This document shows, piece after piece, positions 1 to 9,744 of a stretch of DNA of 64,000 bases; the stretch's first letter is position 1, and each line of letters begins with the position of its first letter. A model generated the notes under the pieces. It had not been told where the DNA came from. It ran no database searches and saw only the letters and a list, made by a program, of their open reading frames with translations. Location of the stretch: sequence record LC727698.1; one strand, given 5' to 3'. The position numbers and the translations under genes were made by a program.

Positions 1-1
1 T

Positions 2-1003
2 AGAGTTACACTCGGTAATGACGCAACAGTACAGTATTCGAACGAACAAGGAGAGGTTTTAGATTTGCCTAATGTTATACGTCCTTTTGTGGGCGAAAAT
101 AATAATAATAATGTTCCTGCATCTAGTCGCGGTACAGTGTATGAAGGCACTGCAATAGAAATTGACTACGAAAAGCAATACCAACAACTAGAATCCGAAA
201 ACGATGCAATGAATCGTATCAAACGGACCTTTGAGATTGTAAATGAACTAACAGAGGCAGCCGCAGCAGGCGAAATCCGTTCTATGATCATTTCTGGTCC
301 TCCCGGAATCGGAAAAAGTTTCGGTGTAGAAGAAACACTAAACAGGTGTTTCTTGTTGGATAAAATTAAAGATAATAAAGAACCGTTTGAGATCGTAAAG
401 GGCGCTGCAAGTGCAATTGGTGTTTACCAAAAGCTTTACGAATTTAAAGATAAAGGTAAAATCCTTATTTTCGATGATTGCGACCGCGTACTATTTGACG
501 AAGATAGTCTAAATCTCCTTAAAGGTGCATTAGATACTACTAAGCGTAGAACTATTTACTGGCTTAGTGAGTCCCGTGTTTTAAAAGAAAATGATATTCC
601 ACCTAAATTCGATTTCGAAGGTAGTGTAATTTTCCTTACTAACCTTAACTTCGAGGATACAAAGTCCCGAATCGGAAGGCACCTAGAAGCAATTATGTCC
701 CGGTGTCATTATTTAGACATGGAAATTAGTAGTACGAGAGACCAGATCCTTCGTATTAAACAAGTTGTGCGCGACGGGATGCTTAGTAAATATGAATTTA
801 ATAACGGAGAAGATGAAGAAATCCTAGAATATATTATCGATAATCAGAATGATCTGCGAGAACTTAGCTTGCGTATGGTAATTAAAATTGCCGATCTGAT
901 TAAATTCAAAAAAGATGGTTGGCGAGAATATGCAGAGACAACTGTACTGAAACGGAATGCAAAATTCCGGCGGCTGTATAACGAAAAGTACAGTGATATT
1001 TAA
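2..1003 (+). CDS. AAA+ P-loop ATPase, 5'-truncated by window edge
   Basis: Walker A GPPGIGKS, Walker B ILIFDDCD, sensor-1 FLTN, Arg-finger-like SRC. The frame is open from position 2 (RVTLGNDATVQY...), so the TTG at 65 is probably not the true start. Confidence 0.85.
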   Translation, partial: RVTLGNDATVQYSNEQGEVLDLPNVIRPFVGENNNNNVPASSRGTVYEGTAIEIDYEKQYQQLESENDAMNRIKRTFEIVNELTEAAAAGEIRSMIISGPPGIGKSFGVEETLNRCFLLDKIKDNKEPFEIVKGAASAIGVYQKLYEFKDKGKILIFDDCDRVLFDEDSLNLLKGALDTTKRRTIYWLSESRVLKENDIPPKFDFEGSVIFLTNLNFEDTKSRIGRHLEAIMSRCHYLDMEISSTRDQILRIKQVVRDGMLSKYEFNNGEDEEILEYIIDNQNDLRELSLRMVIKIADLIKFKKDGWREYAETTVLKRNAKFRRLYNEKYSDI

Positions 1004-1011
1004 TACACAAT

Positions 1012-1033
1012 AAAGTAGCAAGGATGCTACTTT
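1012..1033 (+). terminator. Hairpin after ATPase gene (terminator-like; AGGA loop)
   Basis: AAAGTAGCA-AGGA-TGCTACTTT, perfect 9-bp stem. Confidence 0.55.
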
Positions 1034-1046
1034 CCGGAGATACGGT

Positions 1047-1604
1047 ATGAATCATTGTGTTAGGTTTGCTTTTTTAGATAGAAATATAAAAAGTTCTATA
1101 ACAACGTTTATAGTTATACCTTTAATTCTTACGTCTGTAATATATTTCCTTTTTTCAGAACAAAATGTGTGGCCAGCGTGTTTTTATTTTGTCACTATGC
1201 TTATAATTTTGTTTATTGCAGAACTAGCAGCGTGTTCATCTGGAAATTTTTTTAATTGTGCTTTAAGTATATTCTCTATTTTTAGAAATATTGGTCACTT
1301 TGATACAACTTGGAAAATAACAAATGATGGTTTTATTTATTCTTTAAAAGATAACGAAACTATACACATCTTTGTAAATAAAAACGGTGTATATTTACAT
1401 AATAATGGAAAATTTATTTATGTAGATAATGTTAAAAATACTAAAATAGATTTATCTAAACTGTCTCACCCGGTATTTATATTAATAACATTTTACCTAA
1501 AACATAAACTCAAAGAAGATATGATACTGGCAGATTTATACGGATCAGTAAGTTCTAGTGTATTCATGAATGATGAAGATTTTCAAAAATTATACAGACG
1601 CTAA
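1047..1604 (+). CDS. Hypothetical membrane protein
   Basis: 185-aa ORF, GGAG RBS, two to three N-terminal hydrophobic segments. Confidence 0.6.
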   Translation: MNHCVRFAFLDRNIKSSITTFIVIPLILTSVIYFLFSEQNVWPACFYFVTMLIILFIAELAACSSGNFFNCALSIFSIFRNIGHFDTTWKITNDGFIYSLKDNETIHIFVNKNGVYLHNNGKFIYVDNVKNTKIDLSKLSHPVFILITFYLKHKLKEDMILADLYGSVSSSVFMNDEDFQKLYRR

Positions 1605-1980
1605 AAAATATCTAAATACGTTTGTTTCTTGTAAACCAGAACAAACAGATATGCATAGTGTATTAAATGGATATCAAAATTATTGTATATTCTCGTGTTT
1701 AATAGATTCTGCACAAAATTTAATAACAACTAAATTTTCTGATACTAATACTAATTCATACGAATGGATTATTTCGTACAAAGAAAATAATAAAAATATA
1801 ACATATTCTGTTGAAAACAAACCAGACATCCTAAAGAATAACGGGTTGTCTGTTGCCTTTATTGTATGTAGGGCAAAAATAGTGTATACTAATAAATTAA
1901 CAGAATTTGGTAAAACTAAATTAAAAGAAAAAAGAAATATTCTGTTAATAGACAGAGATAAAGAAAAACTAAAAATATAA
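1570..1980 (+). CDS. Hypothetical protein
   Basis: 136-aa ORF in a tightly packed operon. Confidence 0.55.
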   Translation: MMKIFKNYTDAKKYLNTFVSCKPEQTDMHSVLNGYQNYCIFSCLIDSAQNLITTKFSDTNTNSYEWIISYKENNKNITYSVENKPDILKNNGLSVAFIVCRAKIVYTNKLTEFGKTKLKEKRNILLIDRDKEKLKI

Positions 1981-1982
1981 CC

Positions 1983-2849
1983 ATGAATAGTATAATTATA
2001 AAAACAAAAAAAGATCTTTTATACGAAACAACACTGTCGAATTTAGGATTTATAACAACTACTATACAAGTAGGTGATATAGTAGAGTTCGATAAAATAG
2101 AAGAAGAACTTAATTCTAAAGATTTCTTTACTGCTTTTGTACGTACATCTACTCATTTTCAATACGAAATAGCAAAACGTTGTGCTTCGAGATGTAAAAT
2201 TGTTTTCATAGACATAAATGGTTTTAGATCGGCACAAGAATGGGAAGATATTAAAAAAGAATTTCCGTATACTAGATTTATTTTATTAAAAAATAATATG
2301 TGGAATTCTAATATTTCTGATTTTAAAAAATTAATACCAGATACAAAAGCAATTAATATAAAATGTCTTAATAAAAACAAATTAAATTCTTTAGATTACT
2401 GGAACACAATTAAGGGTTTTTCGTTCGGCGGAACAAGCAGAGATATATTGCCTCATTTACTAAGTATATTTGTTTCATTAAATGATGATTTTGCAGAATC
2501 TGTAGCAACAGAGACAATATTAAAACGTAATTTGTCATTATCAGATATAAAAAAATATATACCGGGTCCTGGTTTAATTTATGATGTAGACGATTATTTT
2601 AATGTGTCGTATCAATCTAAAATAATATGTAATTTAGAAGCTGACTGGAAAAGTAATAAAACTGATGTAAAAAATATAGAATTCATTTTAAATGACGATA
2701 CTAGTAGTTTATTCGATATAGATTATAATGAAGAATCATCATATTCTCGGATGATATCTAACTGTGTACAAAATTTAAGTAACGAAGGATTTTGGAGTTA
2801 TCATTATTTAATAGATGAATGGATACTTAAACAAATAGAGAATTTATAA
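1983..2849 (+). CDS. Gfo/Idh/MocA-like oxidoreductase (degenerate)
   Basis: FGGTSRDILPHLLS resembles the GGxLxDxGxH motif; TAFVRTSTHFQYEIAKRCASRCKIVFIDING aligns by eye with the family segment ending in EKP, which is here DIN. Confidence 0.55.
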   Translation: MNSIIIKTKKDLLYETTLSNLGFITTTIQVGDIVEFDKIEEELNSKDFFTAFVRTSTHFQYEIAKRCASRCKIVFIDINGFRSAQEWEDIKKEFPYTRFILLKNNMWNSNISDFKKLIPDTKAINIKCLNKNKLNSLDYWNTIKGFSFGGTSRDILPHLLSIFVSLNDDFAESVATETILKRNLSLSDIKKYIPGPGLIYDVDDYFNVSYQSKIICNLEADWKSNKTDVKNIEFILNDDTSSLFDIDYNEESSYSRMISNCVQNLSNEGFWSYHYLIDEWILKQIENL

Positions 2850-3751
2850 TGAAGGTCCGTTATTTTCATCCCATAAACAATGTATTCGAAGAAACAGTAT
2901 GGGATAAGCCCGATATAAAAAATACAGAAATTGAAGTTAAAACAAAATATGTAGGTGTTTCCAATAATGATTTAAATGTAATTTATAACCAAACACCTTA
3001 TGCTAGTAACAAATATGGTTGTGAAAGTGTAGGTATAGTAACAAAAGTTGGATCTAAAATTACTGATGTAAAAGTGGGAGATTTTGTAGCCACAACTACG
3101 AATCATTTATATTCAGATTTTTATAATTGTAAAACAGAAGAATATGTAAAAATTCCTAAATGTTCTCCTAGATATATTTTAGAACCAATTGCTCGATCAT
3201 TAAATTTAATAACACAAAATTGGAACAAATTTGTAGAGTTAAATAGAAACGAAGGTAAAATACTTATTCTAGGATCTGGTTTTGTTGCATCTGTACTGTA
3301 TACTGTCTTAACAAAAGAACACGATGTTGATCCTAATAGAATATATGTTGTTGGATCTCATAATAAATCTATCTTTAATAAATCGTTGTATAATACTCTA
3401 CCGATTCACTTGTATGACATAGTGTTTGATCTGCAGGGCATGAACACACCCTTAACAAATAATATATTGAATACGAATTCCTTATTAATAATAGGTGCCG
3501 CAGGTAAACCGACTTTAATAGATTTAAATCTATTAGCACATAAATCTGTTACAATAAATTTCCCTAGTCCCGATAATAATAAATTTTACGAATCATTAAA
3601 TGATGCATGTAGAATAGTAGAAACTAAAATCTTTGATCCTAATAAATTTTGGACTAAGGGATATAAAAGAGACACTGAATGGAAAAGTGCATTCAGTACA
3701 GGGATTAATCGCCCGAAACATTATAATTATGGTTATATTATTTGGAACTAA
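2849..3751 (+). CDS. Medium-chain dehydrogenase/reductase (Zn-ADH/GroES-like) family protein
   Basis: YGCESVGIVTKVGSKITDVKVGDFV matches the GHExxGxVxxVGxxVxxxKxGDxV pattern (His replaced by Cys); Rossmann-like ILILGSGFVA. Confidence 0.75.
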   Translation: MKVRYFHPINNVFEETVWDKPDIKNTEIEVKTKYVGVSNNDLNVIYNQTPYASNKYGCESVGIVTKVGSKITDVKVGDFVATTTNHLYSDFYNCKTEEYVKIPKCSPRYILEPIARSLNLITQNWNKFVELNRNEGKILILGSGFVASVLYTVLTKEHDVDPNRIYVVGSHNKSIFNKSLYNTLPIHLYDIVFDLQGMNTPLTNNILNTNSLLIIGAAGKPTLIDLNLLAHKSVTINFPSPDNNKFYESLNDACRIVETKIFDPNKFWTKGYKRDTEWKSAFSTGINRPKHYNYGYIIWN

Positions 3752-4260
3752 CAATGGATAGAAAAGAAGTAATTTATTTTATAGGAACAGAAGTCGAACA
3801 TACTCCAGTATACGGTGAAAAAACACTTTTTGTTGCTGGTCCCCAAGACGGCGACGAAGTAGTAAGTAATGCATTGAAACATAACTGTAAACATATATAT
3901 TTCGGTGCTAATCAAAGTTTCCCTCTACACAAAATAGATATAACAGAAGTAATTAAATGGAAACAAATGATACTGCATTGCTTAAATAAAGGATTTTGGT
4001 GTACTTTAGATTTCGATATATGCAATTCTTCTGTAATTTTAGAAATGGATTTATCTAAGTATGATAAATTTATTCCTATTATAAGTGCAAAAATACCAAA
4101 TATATCCGAATACAATAAAAACACTATAATAAAGATAGATGATATAGGTTTTAATGAAACTAACGAAGGAGTATGGTGTCATAAGTTAAACGATTTAAAA
4201 GATAATACCGTACGTACTAGCTGGGACAAATATACAGGAGATATTTCAATTGACGAATAA
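3742..4260 (+). CDS. Conserved-looking phage hypothetical protein
   Basis: FIGTEVEHTPVYGEKTLFV and HIYFGANQSF segments resemble a recurrent large-phage protein (recall); start may be 3754. Confidence 0.55.
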   Translation: MELTMDRKEVIYFIGTEVEHTPVYGEKTLFVAGPQDGDEVVSNALKHNCKHIYFGANQSFPLHKIDITEVIKWKQMILHCLNKGFWCTLDFDICNSSVILEMDLSKYDKFIPIISAKIPNISEYNKNTIIKIDDIGFNETNEGVWCHKLNDLKDNTVRTSWDKYTGDISIDE

Positions 4261-4555
4261 AATTAATTATAGCAAAGTATATGAACCGAAAGGCGCACTA
4301 TATAGAATTCGTCGCATTTCTGACGGTGCATTTAGCACAGGGTCTTCCAGTCCGGTGTTTGTAACTTCTGGTCCAGGAAAAGTATTCAATACCTTAGGTA
4401 AACTTAGGTCTCATCTTACTACTATTCGTAATAACCCGGTTTTACAAGACATATACAACGAATGTGAAATTGTTCAGTATGTAGAAGCTGACCAGTCAAC
4501 ATACACTCTAGCTGAACACACAGAATTACTTATACTTAAAAAGTTAACACAATAA
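4250..4555 (+). CDS. Hypothetical protein
   Basis: 101-aa ORF; YRIRRISDGAFSTG...GKVF motif typical of small phage proteins. Confidence 0.6.
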   Translation: MTNKINYSKVYEPKGALYRIRRISDGAFSTGSSSPVFVTSGPGKVFNTLGKLRSHLTTIRNNPVLQDIYNECEIVQYVEADQSTYTLAEHTELLILKKLTQ

Positions 4556-4560
4556 CGCGC

Positions 4561-4589
4561 TTTACTGCGCGTTAATTTGCGCGTATGCT
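4561..4589 (+). promoter_or_regulatory. Sigma70-type promoter inside a GA/GG-free island
   Basis: TTTACT-N17-TATGCT. Confidence 0.55.
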
Positions 4590-4624
4590 GCAAAAACACG
4601 TAACACTAGAGCTTATATACGCTT

Positions 4625-5095
4625 ATGCTTAAAAAGCTGTATAACGCAATTTATGCGTTCCTTAACGAACTTGCTTATATAAAATATATAAGATTCTATG
4701 TCTTCTTTAAATGTGTTCATAAGCATCATTTATCGGAAATACTTCTGTTAAGTAATTTAGCAGGTACAACTATAGGAGCATATAGATTCGAACGTCTCTT
4801 AAGCATGGATTATTGTACTATATCAATTGACATGCCACTCGACGACGATTATTTTATTGCCTGTAATACAAAAGGAATTATTTCTGTAGCAAAATGTGAT
4901 CTCATATCAATGAATTTTTATGATTTTGGTACACAATTATCAAATTATTACTTTTTTAAATACAACAATACACCGAATGGTTCGTTTTTTGTGTATCCAT
5001 CTAAAAATTATTTAGTACATCCAGAAGTAATATCTTATATAAAGAAATATAATAATGAGAGTTTATATAAAAGAACAACGTATTTGCCGGGGTAA
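4625..5095 (+). CDS. Hypothetical protein
   Basis: 156-aa ORF downstream of the promoter. Confidence 0.5.
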   Translation: MLKKLYNAIYAFLNELAYIKYIRFYVFFKCVHKHHLSEILLLSNLAGTTIGAYRFERLLSMDYCTISIDMPLDDDYFIACNTKGIISVAKCDLISMNFYDFGTQLSNYYFFKYNNTPNGSFFVYPSKNYLVHPEVISYIKKYNNESLYKRTTYLPG

Positions 5096-5294
5096 TGCCG
5101 AAATATACGATATAGTTATCAGACAGGAAGGTTATTTAGAATTTCTAGAAGAAACAGAAACAGAATACACAGGATTTCTAAATGTTGTTAAAATATACAA
5201 ATGCACTGATGGGTATCAAAAACGAATTCATACAACAAAACAGAAGTTTTCTTTTCCGAAAGATTCTGACGAAATACTTATAATAGAATTATAG
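5055..5294 (+). CDS. Hypothetical protein
   Basis: 79-aa ORF, overlapping operon arrangement. Confidence 0.5.
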   Translation: MRVYIKEQRICRGNAEIYDIVIRQEGYLEFLEETETEYTGFLNVVKIYKCTDGYQKRIHTTKQKFSFPKDSDEILIIEL

Positions 5295-5304
5295 GAATTT
5301 CTGC

Positions 5305-5871
5305 ATGACTACAACTGAGGCAACTCTACTTAGTCTCGCTATCGCTGCAAGTTGTATGGTAGCAGACATAATGTATTCTAAAGAATTTGAATACATTACT
5401 AACCTTAAAATAAAAGAAGAAAAACTAAAAGAAGAATTTGCTATAAATGATGAAGATAAAATAAAATCATACATAGCATTGTGTAAAAGAAGAAAGAATT
5501 GCAGGGCAATAGCAGAAGCAATATATTATGAAGCGCGTAGTGAATCTAGGATCGGAATGCAAGGTGTAGCATTTACGATATTAAATAGAGCCATGAATCC
5601 TACTAGATGGCCCAACACTCCGTACAGTGTAGTTTACTATAAATGCCAATTTAGTTATACCTGCGACGGCAGTAGAAAACAAGGTTTTAAAGAAAAAGAT
5701 AAATGGGATTTAGCTAATATAGTGGCATATAGGGCTATAAATAGACTATCTAGCGATCCCACCAACGGCGCTGATCATTATTATGCACCGCACAGAGTAA
5801 GCAAACCGTATTGGGCAAAGAAAATGAGAAAAACTGCCAAATTAGGTAATCATGTGTTTTATAAATCGTAA
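5305..5871 (+). CDS. Cell-wall hydrolase, SleB/Hydrolase_2 family
   Basis: AEAIYYEARSE...VAFTILNR...WPNT...VVY..CQFS...TNGADHYY...PYW...LGNHVFY; N-terminal hydrophobic anchor. Confidence 0.9.
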   Translation: MTTTEATLLSLAIAASCMVADIMYSKEFEYITNLKIKEEKLKEEFAINDEDKIKSYIALCKRRKNCRAIAEAIYYEARSESRIGMQGVAFTILNRAMNPTRWPNTPYSVVYYKCQFSYTCDGSRKQGFKEKDKWDLANIVAYRAINRLSSDPTNGADHYYAPHRVSKPYWAKKMRKTAKLGNHVFYKS

Positions 5872-6115
5872 TGAGGATTATACTATGGTATGTAAAACAA
5901 TAACAAAAGAAATGTTTGAAATGCAATATAATATAAGAAACTATTCTACTGTTGCTCATATATATATTAGCACAAGAGCAAATATAATAGAAATATATTA
6001 TAGAACCCCGTTTAACCAGGGCATAGTATTGCAAAATTATTACGTTAACGAAGAATGCGACCAATATATACAGTCTTGTAGATTATATAGGGAATATGAA
6101 AAAAATAGAATATAA
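5852..6115 (+). CDS. Hypothetical protein
   Basis: ORF; probable start at ATG 5886 after GAGG. Confidence 0.45.
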   Translation: MCFINRNEDYTMVCKTITKEMFEMQYNIRNYSTVAHIYISTRANIIEIYYRTPFNQGIVLQNYYVNEECDQYIQSCRLYREYEKNRI

Positions 6116-6395
6116 AATAAATCTTTTAATCGAAGAAATAAAAGAGTTTAAAAGAACAAAAAAAGAACTCAATGAAGATCTAATGCAACATTATACAAAG
6201 TTCTATTCAGAACAAGTTAAAGATGTTTATTTTAGATCTTTAAATTTTAGACGAAATTCTGTAAAACAGCTTATTAAACAATTGCATACAGTATGTAAAC
6301 AAGCTAAAATAAAATTACTTTATATTAAAGCTAAGTCTTCAACTAAACAGCAGAGGCAAAAATGTAATAAAGTAAACGTAACTAGACGAACATAA
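6096..6395 (+). CDS. Hypothetical basic coiled-coil protein
   Basis: 99-aa Lys-rich ORF. Confidence 0.5.
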   Translation: MKKIEYKINLLIEEIKEFKRTKKELNEDLMQHYTKFYSEQVKDVYFRSLNFRRNSVKQLIKQLHTVCKQAKIKLLYIKAKSSTKQQRQKCNKVNVTRRT

Positions 6396-6411
6396 TATTT
6401 TGCGCTATACT
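6383..6411 (+). promoter_or_regulatory. Sigma70-type promoter
   Basis: TAGACG-N17-TATACT upstream of a stand-alone GC-rich gene. Confidence 0.6.
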
Positions 6412-6469
6412 GTATATCAAGCTAAGAAGCTTAACAAACAACATTAATACAACCGAGAGGTAATTTGCA

Positions 6470-6829
6470 ATGGCAAAAAGCTACGAAGAAGCATGGGCAC
6501 TGGCAGAATTTCCCGAGCACTCGAAGGTCGTCGATGGTCAAGTCGGCGGCGTAACCGAATACGTTCTCCAGGAAATCGACTCCTACTGCATCGTCGACAA
6601 GGACGGCAACAAGGTGTGGCTGAACATTCAGGGCAACATGCACCGCTTGCTCGGTCCGGCCACCCACATCAACGGGAAGAAGAAAAACGCATGGGCAGTG
6701 GACGGTGACATCATCCGCACTTGGGATGAATACGAAAAAGCCGTCGGCGACCGCGTGCCGAAAGAGCACATTATGATGCTCAAGCTTCAACACGGCGACG
6801 ATCAGTTCGAGTTCGACACCGACGACTAA
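6470..6829 (+). CDS. Host-codon-optimised acidic protein with one 'WxNGxxHRxxGPA' phage repeat unit
   Basis: GAGAGG RBS; GC-rich C-ending codons; GNKVWLNIQGNMHRLLGPA motif; own promoter and terminator. Confidence 0.85.
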   Translation: MAKSYEEAWALAEFPEHSKVVDGQVGGVTEYVLQEIDSYCIVDKDGNKVWLNIQGNMHRLLGPATHINGKKKNAWAVDGDIIRTWDEYEKAVGDRVPKEHIMMLKLQHGDDQFEFDTDD

Positions 6830-6855
6830 ACCGGCGACGAGTGCGCTAGGTTTAT

Positions 6856-6888
6856 ATAAAATAAGGGACTTTATGTCCCTTATTTTAT
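6856..6888. terminator. Intrinsic (bidirectional-type) terminator
   Basis: ATAAAATAAGGGAC-TTTAT-GTCCCTTATTTTAT, perfect 14-bp stem. Confidence 0.8.
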
Positions 6889-7016
6889 GTAAGAAATAAA
6901 CAATATAACGACATTTTTAGTTGAATGTTGCTTGCAATCATGTATTTTTGAATATAATAATTAATGTAAAATATTAGTCGTTTCTGTAATTATATTTTCA
7001 TAATAGGATATATAGT

Positions 7017-7625
7017 GTGTTCAAAAATGAATGTTTATTAGTAGGTGTGACTGAAGTTATTGCGAATATATTTTTATTTTCTAAATGTGTTTCTGAATGC
7101 AAACCAGCTGGCACATATGTAAGTAATCAATCTATAATCTTACGATGGTACTCAACTGGTATAGTAAGTGAAGTTATATATAATATCAAAATAGTGCCTT
7201 CTGTAAATAATAAATTATTTTTAAATACGATAACATGGTCTGATGGTCATTATGCCTACCAAGACATTAAAAAACAGACCAAAGTATCAGATGTATTACA
7301 TACTAATAAATATGAAACTTCGTTTGCTATCCATTTTAAAAACATATCGTTTGATATGTTTATTCCTTTTATAGTAAAGGAAGTAAGAGAATGTCAATTT
7401 ACAATACACGATCTACGGTACATAACAACGATTCCCATAGGATCGCGAAATACCAATTATAAAATAATATCGTATGTAAATGATACAGATTTATGTAATG
7501 TACATTTTAGTGCCAGGAATTACCTGTACTTTTCATTGACCACATATAATTATAATACTATATATAAACACACATTCAAAATATCAGAACAGTTTAGTAT
7601 ATGGGATATTGATGAAATATGTTAA
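7017..7625 (+). CDS. Hypothetical protein
   Basis: 202-aa ORF, GTG start. Confidence 0.55.
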   Translation: MFKNECLLVGVTEVIANIFLFSKCVSECKPAGTYVSNQSIILRWYSTGIVSEVIYNIKIVPSVNNKLFLNTITWSDGHYAYQDIKKQTKVSDVLHTNKYETSFAIHFKNISFDMFIPFIVKEVRECQFTIHDLRYITTIPIGSRNTNYKIISYVNDTDLCNVHFSARNYLYFSLTTYNYNTIYKHTFKISEQFSIWDIDEIC

Positions 7626-8227
7626 ATTTAAAAGAAATAGGAAAGTCTGAATACGGGAATATATTTGGAGTTAGCTATCTTATATATAACTGCAGACTTT
7701 CTAATTTCAATGTAGTTCGAAATTCATGCATAATATGTTTTGAGAGCAATTTTTATAATTGTATAATTCATTCGTGCGAATTGGATTTATTTTATTATAA
7801 ATATGGATCTTTAAATGACGATCCGGAAAATAATATTTATCCCACTGAAATTAAATTATTAAATTCAAACAAATTAAAGAAGAATAGAATTTTTTATTCT
7901 TATATATCTATAATATCCAAAGCAAATGAGTTATACAAATATATTCCCTATATACTATCTAGGATTGCATCCAATTCTATCGTACTTCATAATTACAAAA
8001 ACTTGAATATAGGTGATTACGGCGGTTTTATACGTGTATGGACATACTGGACTAATTCACACATACTCGGAGGACCTAATGTAAGTGTAAATAATTCGGC
8101 TATAACTGTTATATTTCCTAAGATCAATAAAACAGAATACAGCATACCTGTAATAGAATCCTATAATTTGGTATTAGAAATAGATAAAAACTCTAATATA
8201 ATTTTTCCGGTATTAATAAATGAATGA
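7619..8227 (+). CDS. Hypothetical protein
   Basis: 202-aa ORF overlapping the previous stop. Confidence 0.55.
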   Translation: MLNLKEIGKSEYGNIFGVSYLIYNCRLSNFNVVRNSCIICFESNFYNCIIHSCELDLFYYKYGSLNDDPENNIYPTEIKLLNSNKLKKNRIFYSYISIISKANELYKYIPYILSRIASNSIVLHNYKNLNIGDYGGFIRVWTYWTNSHILGGPNVSVNNSAITVIFPKINKTEYSIPVIESYNLVLEIDKNSNIIFPVLINE

Positions 8228-8699
8228 AACCATACAATCTCTCCGAAGAGAAATAGAATTATTAAAAGATCAAGGTCTAAAATTAAGACATATAAAAAAT
8301 CCTTGTAAAAAATGTATGGGTTACGGAATTATTTGTTATGGATCTACTGCTATGTGGAACAGAGGTGCAGTCGGAGGGAATGCAATAACACCCGGCCGGT
8401 GCGATTCTTGCTGGGGTTCTGGTGATGAAGATAACCCGTGGGAAAATTTATTAGAATTAACAATTCAAAAAAGAACAATAGATACAATCTACAACTCTCT
8501 TAAATTGGACGGTTGGATAGAAGTAACGTCCGATACTGTGTTTTTTAAAGGAAGTAACCGAGTTGTTACTAAATCTGGAAATATTTTATATGGATATAGA
8601 AGTTATTATAATGACAAACAATTAATCTGCTACATCGAAGAACCTAATACTTCAATTAATTTAAAAATAACTAGTTGTGTTTTTATACAAAAGTGTTAA
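8220..8699 (+). CDS. Protein with DnaJ-type CxxCxGxG zinc finger
   Basis: CKKCMGYG and CDSCWGSG after an N-terminal coiled coil. Confidence 0.65.
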   Translation: MNETIQSLRREIELLKDQGLKLRHIKNPCKKCMGYGIICYGSTAMWNRGAVGGNAITPGRCDSCWGSGDEDNPWENLLELTIQKRTIDTIYNSLKLDGWIEVTSDTVFFKGSNRVVTKSGNILYGYRSYYNDKQLICYIEEPNTSINLKITSCVFIQKC

Positions 8700-8721
8700 A
8701 ATGTAATATATTTAAAAACTT

Positions 8722-9111
8722 TTGAGATTACCAATGTATAATTTCGAAAAGTTTATAACCGAGTATCTGTATAATAAAAAAGAGACAGAGCATTACGGGT
8801 ATTTTTCTATATATAATTCTATTATTTTAAAGTGTATTTCTGGATGTTCAGATGAGCACTACGAATTTATTTCTAATTCTTTTATATCATATAAATGTAA
8901 AAAGAAATTAATAATAGAATTTTCTGTTAAATCGAAAGATAACATATACCATTCCATTAAACTTGCAGCAAAATATCACTCTAAAACAAAAGAAAAGTTA
9001 GACACTATTACTAATGTGGATAATTTATTTTTGTTTGAAACAAAAATAGGAATTATAGGTAATAATTTGTCTGTATACGTAGATTTAGGCGAAGTGGAAT
9101 ATATTGTATGA
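8722..9111 (+). CDS. Hypothetical protein
   Basis: ORF; likely start at internal ATG. Confidence 0.5.
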   Translation: MRLPMYNFEKFITEYLYNKKETEHYGYFSIYNSIILKCISGCSDEHYEFISNSFISYKCKKKLIIEFSVKSKDNIYHSIKLAAKYHSKTKEKLDTITNVDNLFLFETKIGIIGNNLSVYVDLGEVEYIV

Positions 9112-9734
9112 TATACAGTTCGCATGCAAACATATTTAGGTCTGTTGCAAATTCTCTTATTTTAGAAATTTATAAAATAAACATCTCTTTAGAAAAAATG
9201 ATAGACGATGGACACGGCGACATATTAGATAGACAAGTAGTTTGCAGGAAAGGAACTTGGTTTTCTAAAAACTATTATATAATTTCTTCTTCTGCAAAAG
9301 AATTAGTTTCTCTTTCGCCTGCATTTATAGAAATATCAAACATTACTGTATCTGCATATACTTCCGGCGCATTAAAAAATAACCCTTTATCTAAAATGAA
9401 GGGATTCGACAAATATATGCATAATGTAGGTGATGCACTAACTGCAATTAATTCGTCTAAGCTTGCAAACAAACTATTTAAATCTATAGAAGAACAAAAT
9501 ATAATTGTTGATAAAGGCAGGGAAGAATATGCGTTATCGCAAAGTTTAATAAAAGAAAATTGTCATACAAACAAAGGAATGCAATATAAACAATTAGAAG
9601 AAATAATTAATACCTATATACGTCAATTACCAGAACACTTACAACACGAAGCAAGAAACAGAATAAGAAAATCCGATAAGAAACTTAAATCTTTAATTAG
9701 TTACGCACAAGAACATAACATAACTTTTATATAG
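9108..9734 (+). CDS. Hypothetical protein
   Basis: 208-aa ORF, ATGA overlap with previous gene. Confidence 0.6.
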   Translation: MIYSSHANIFRSVANSLILEIYKINISLEKMIDDGHGDILDRQVVCRKGTWFSKNYYIISSSAKELVSLSPAFIEISNITVSAYTSGALKNNPLSKMKGFDKYMHNVGDALTAINSSKLANKLFKSIEEQNIIVDKGREEYALSQSLIKENCHTNKGMQYKQLEEIINTYIRQLPEHLQHEARNRIRKSDKKLKSLISYAQEHNITFI

Positions 9735-9744
9735 TGGAAATATA

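Noticed and set aside
6431-6793. Antisense and alternative-frame ORFs over the GC-rich gene (6431-6793 minus, 6493-6708 plus)
   Set aside because: Shadow ORFs caused by biased codon usage; only 6470-6829 has an RBS, promoter and terminator.
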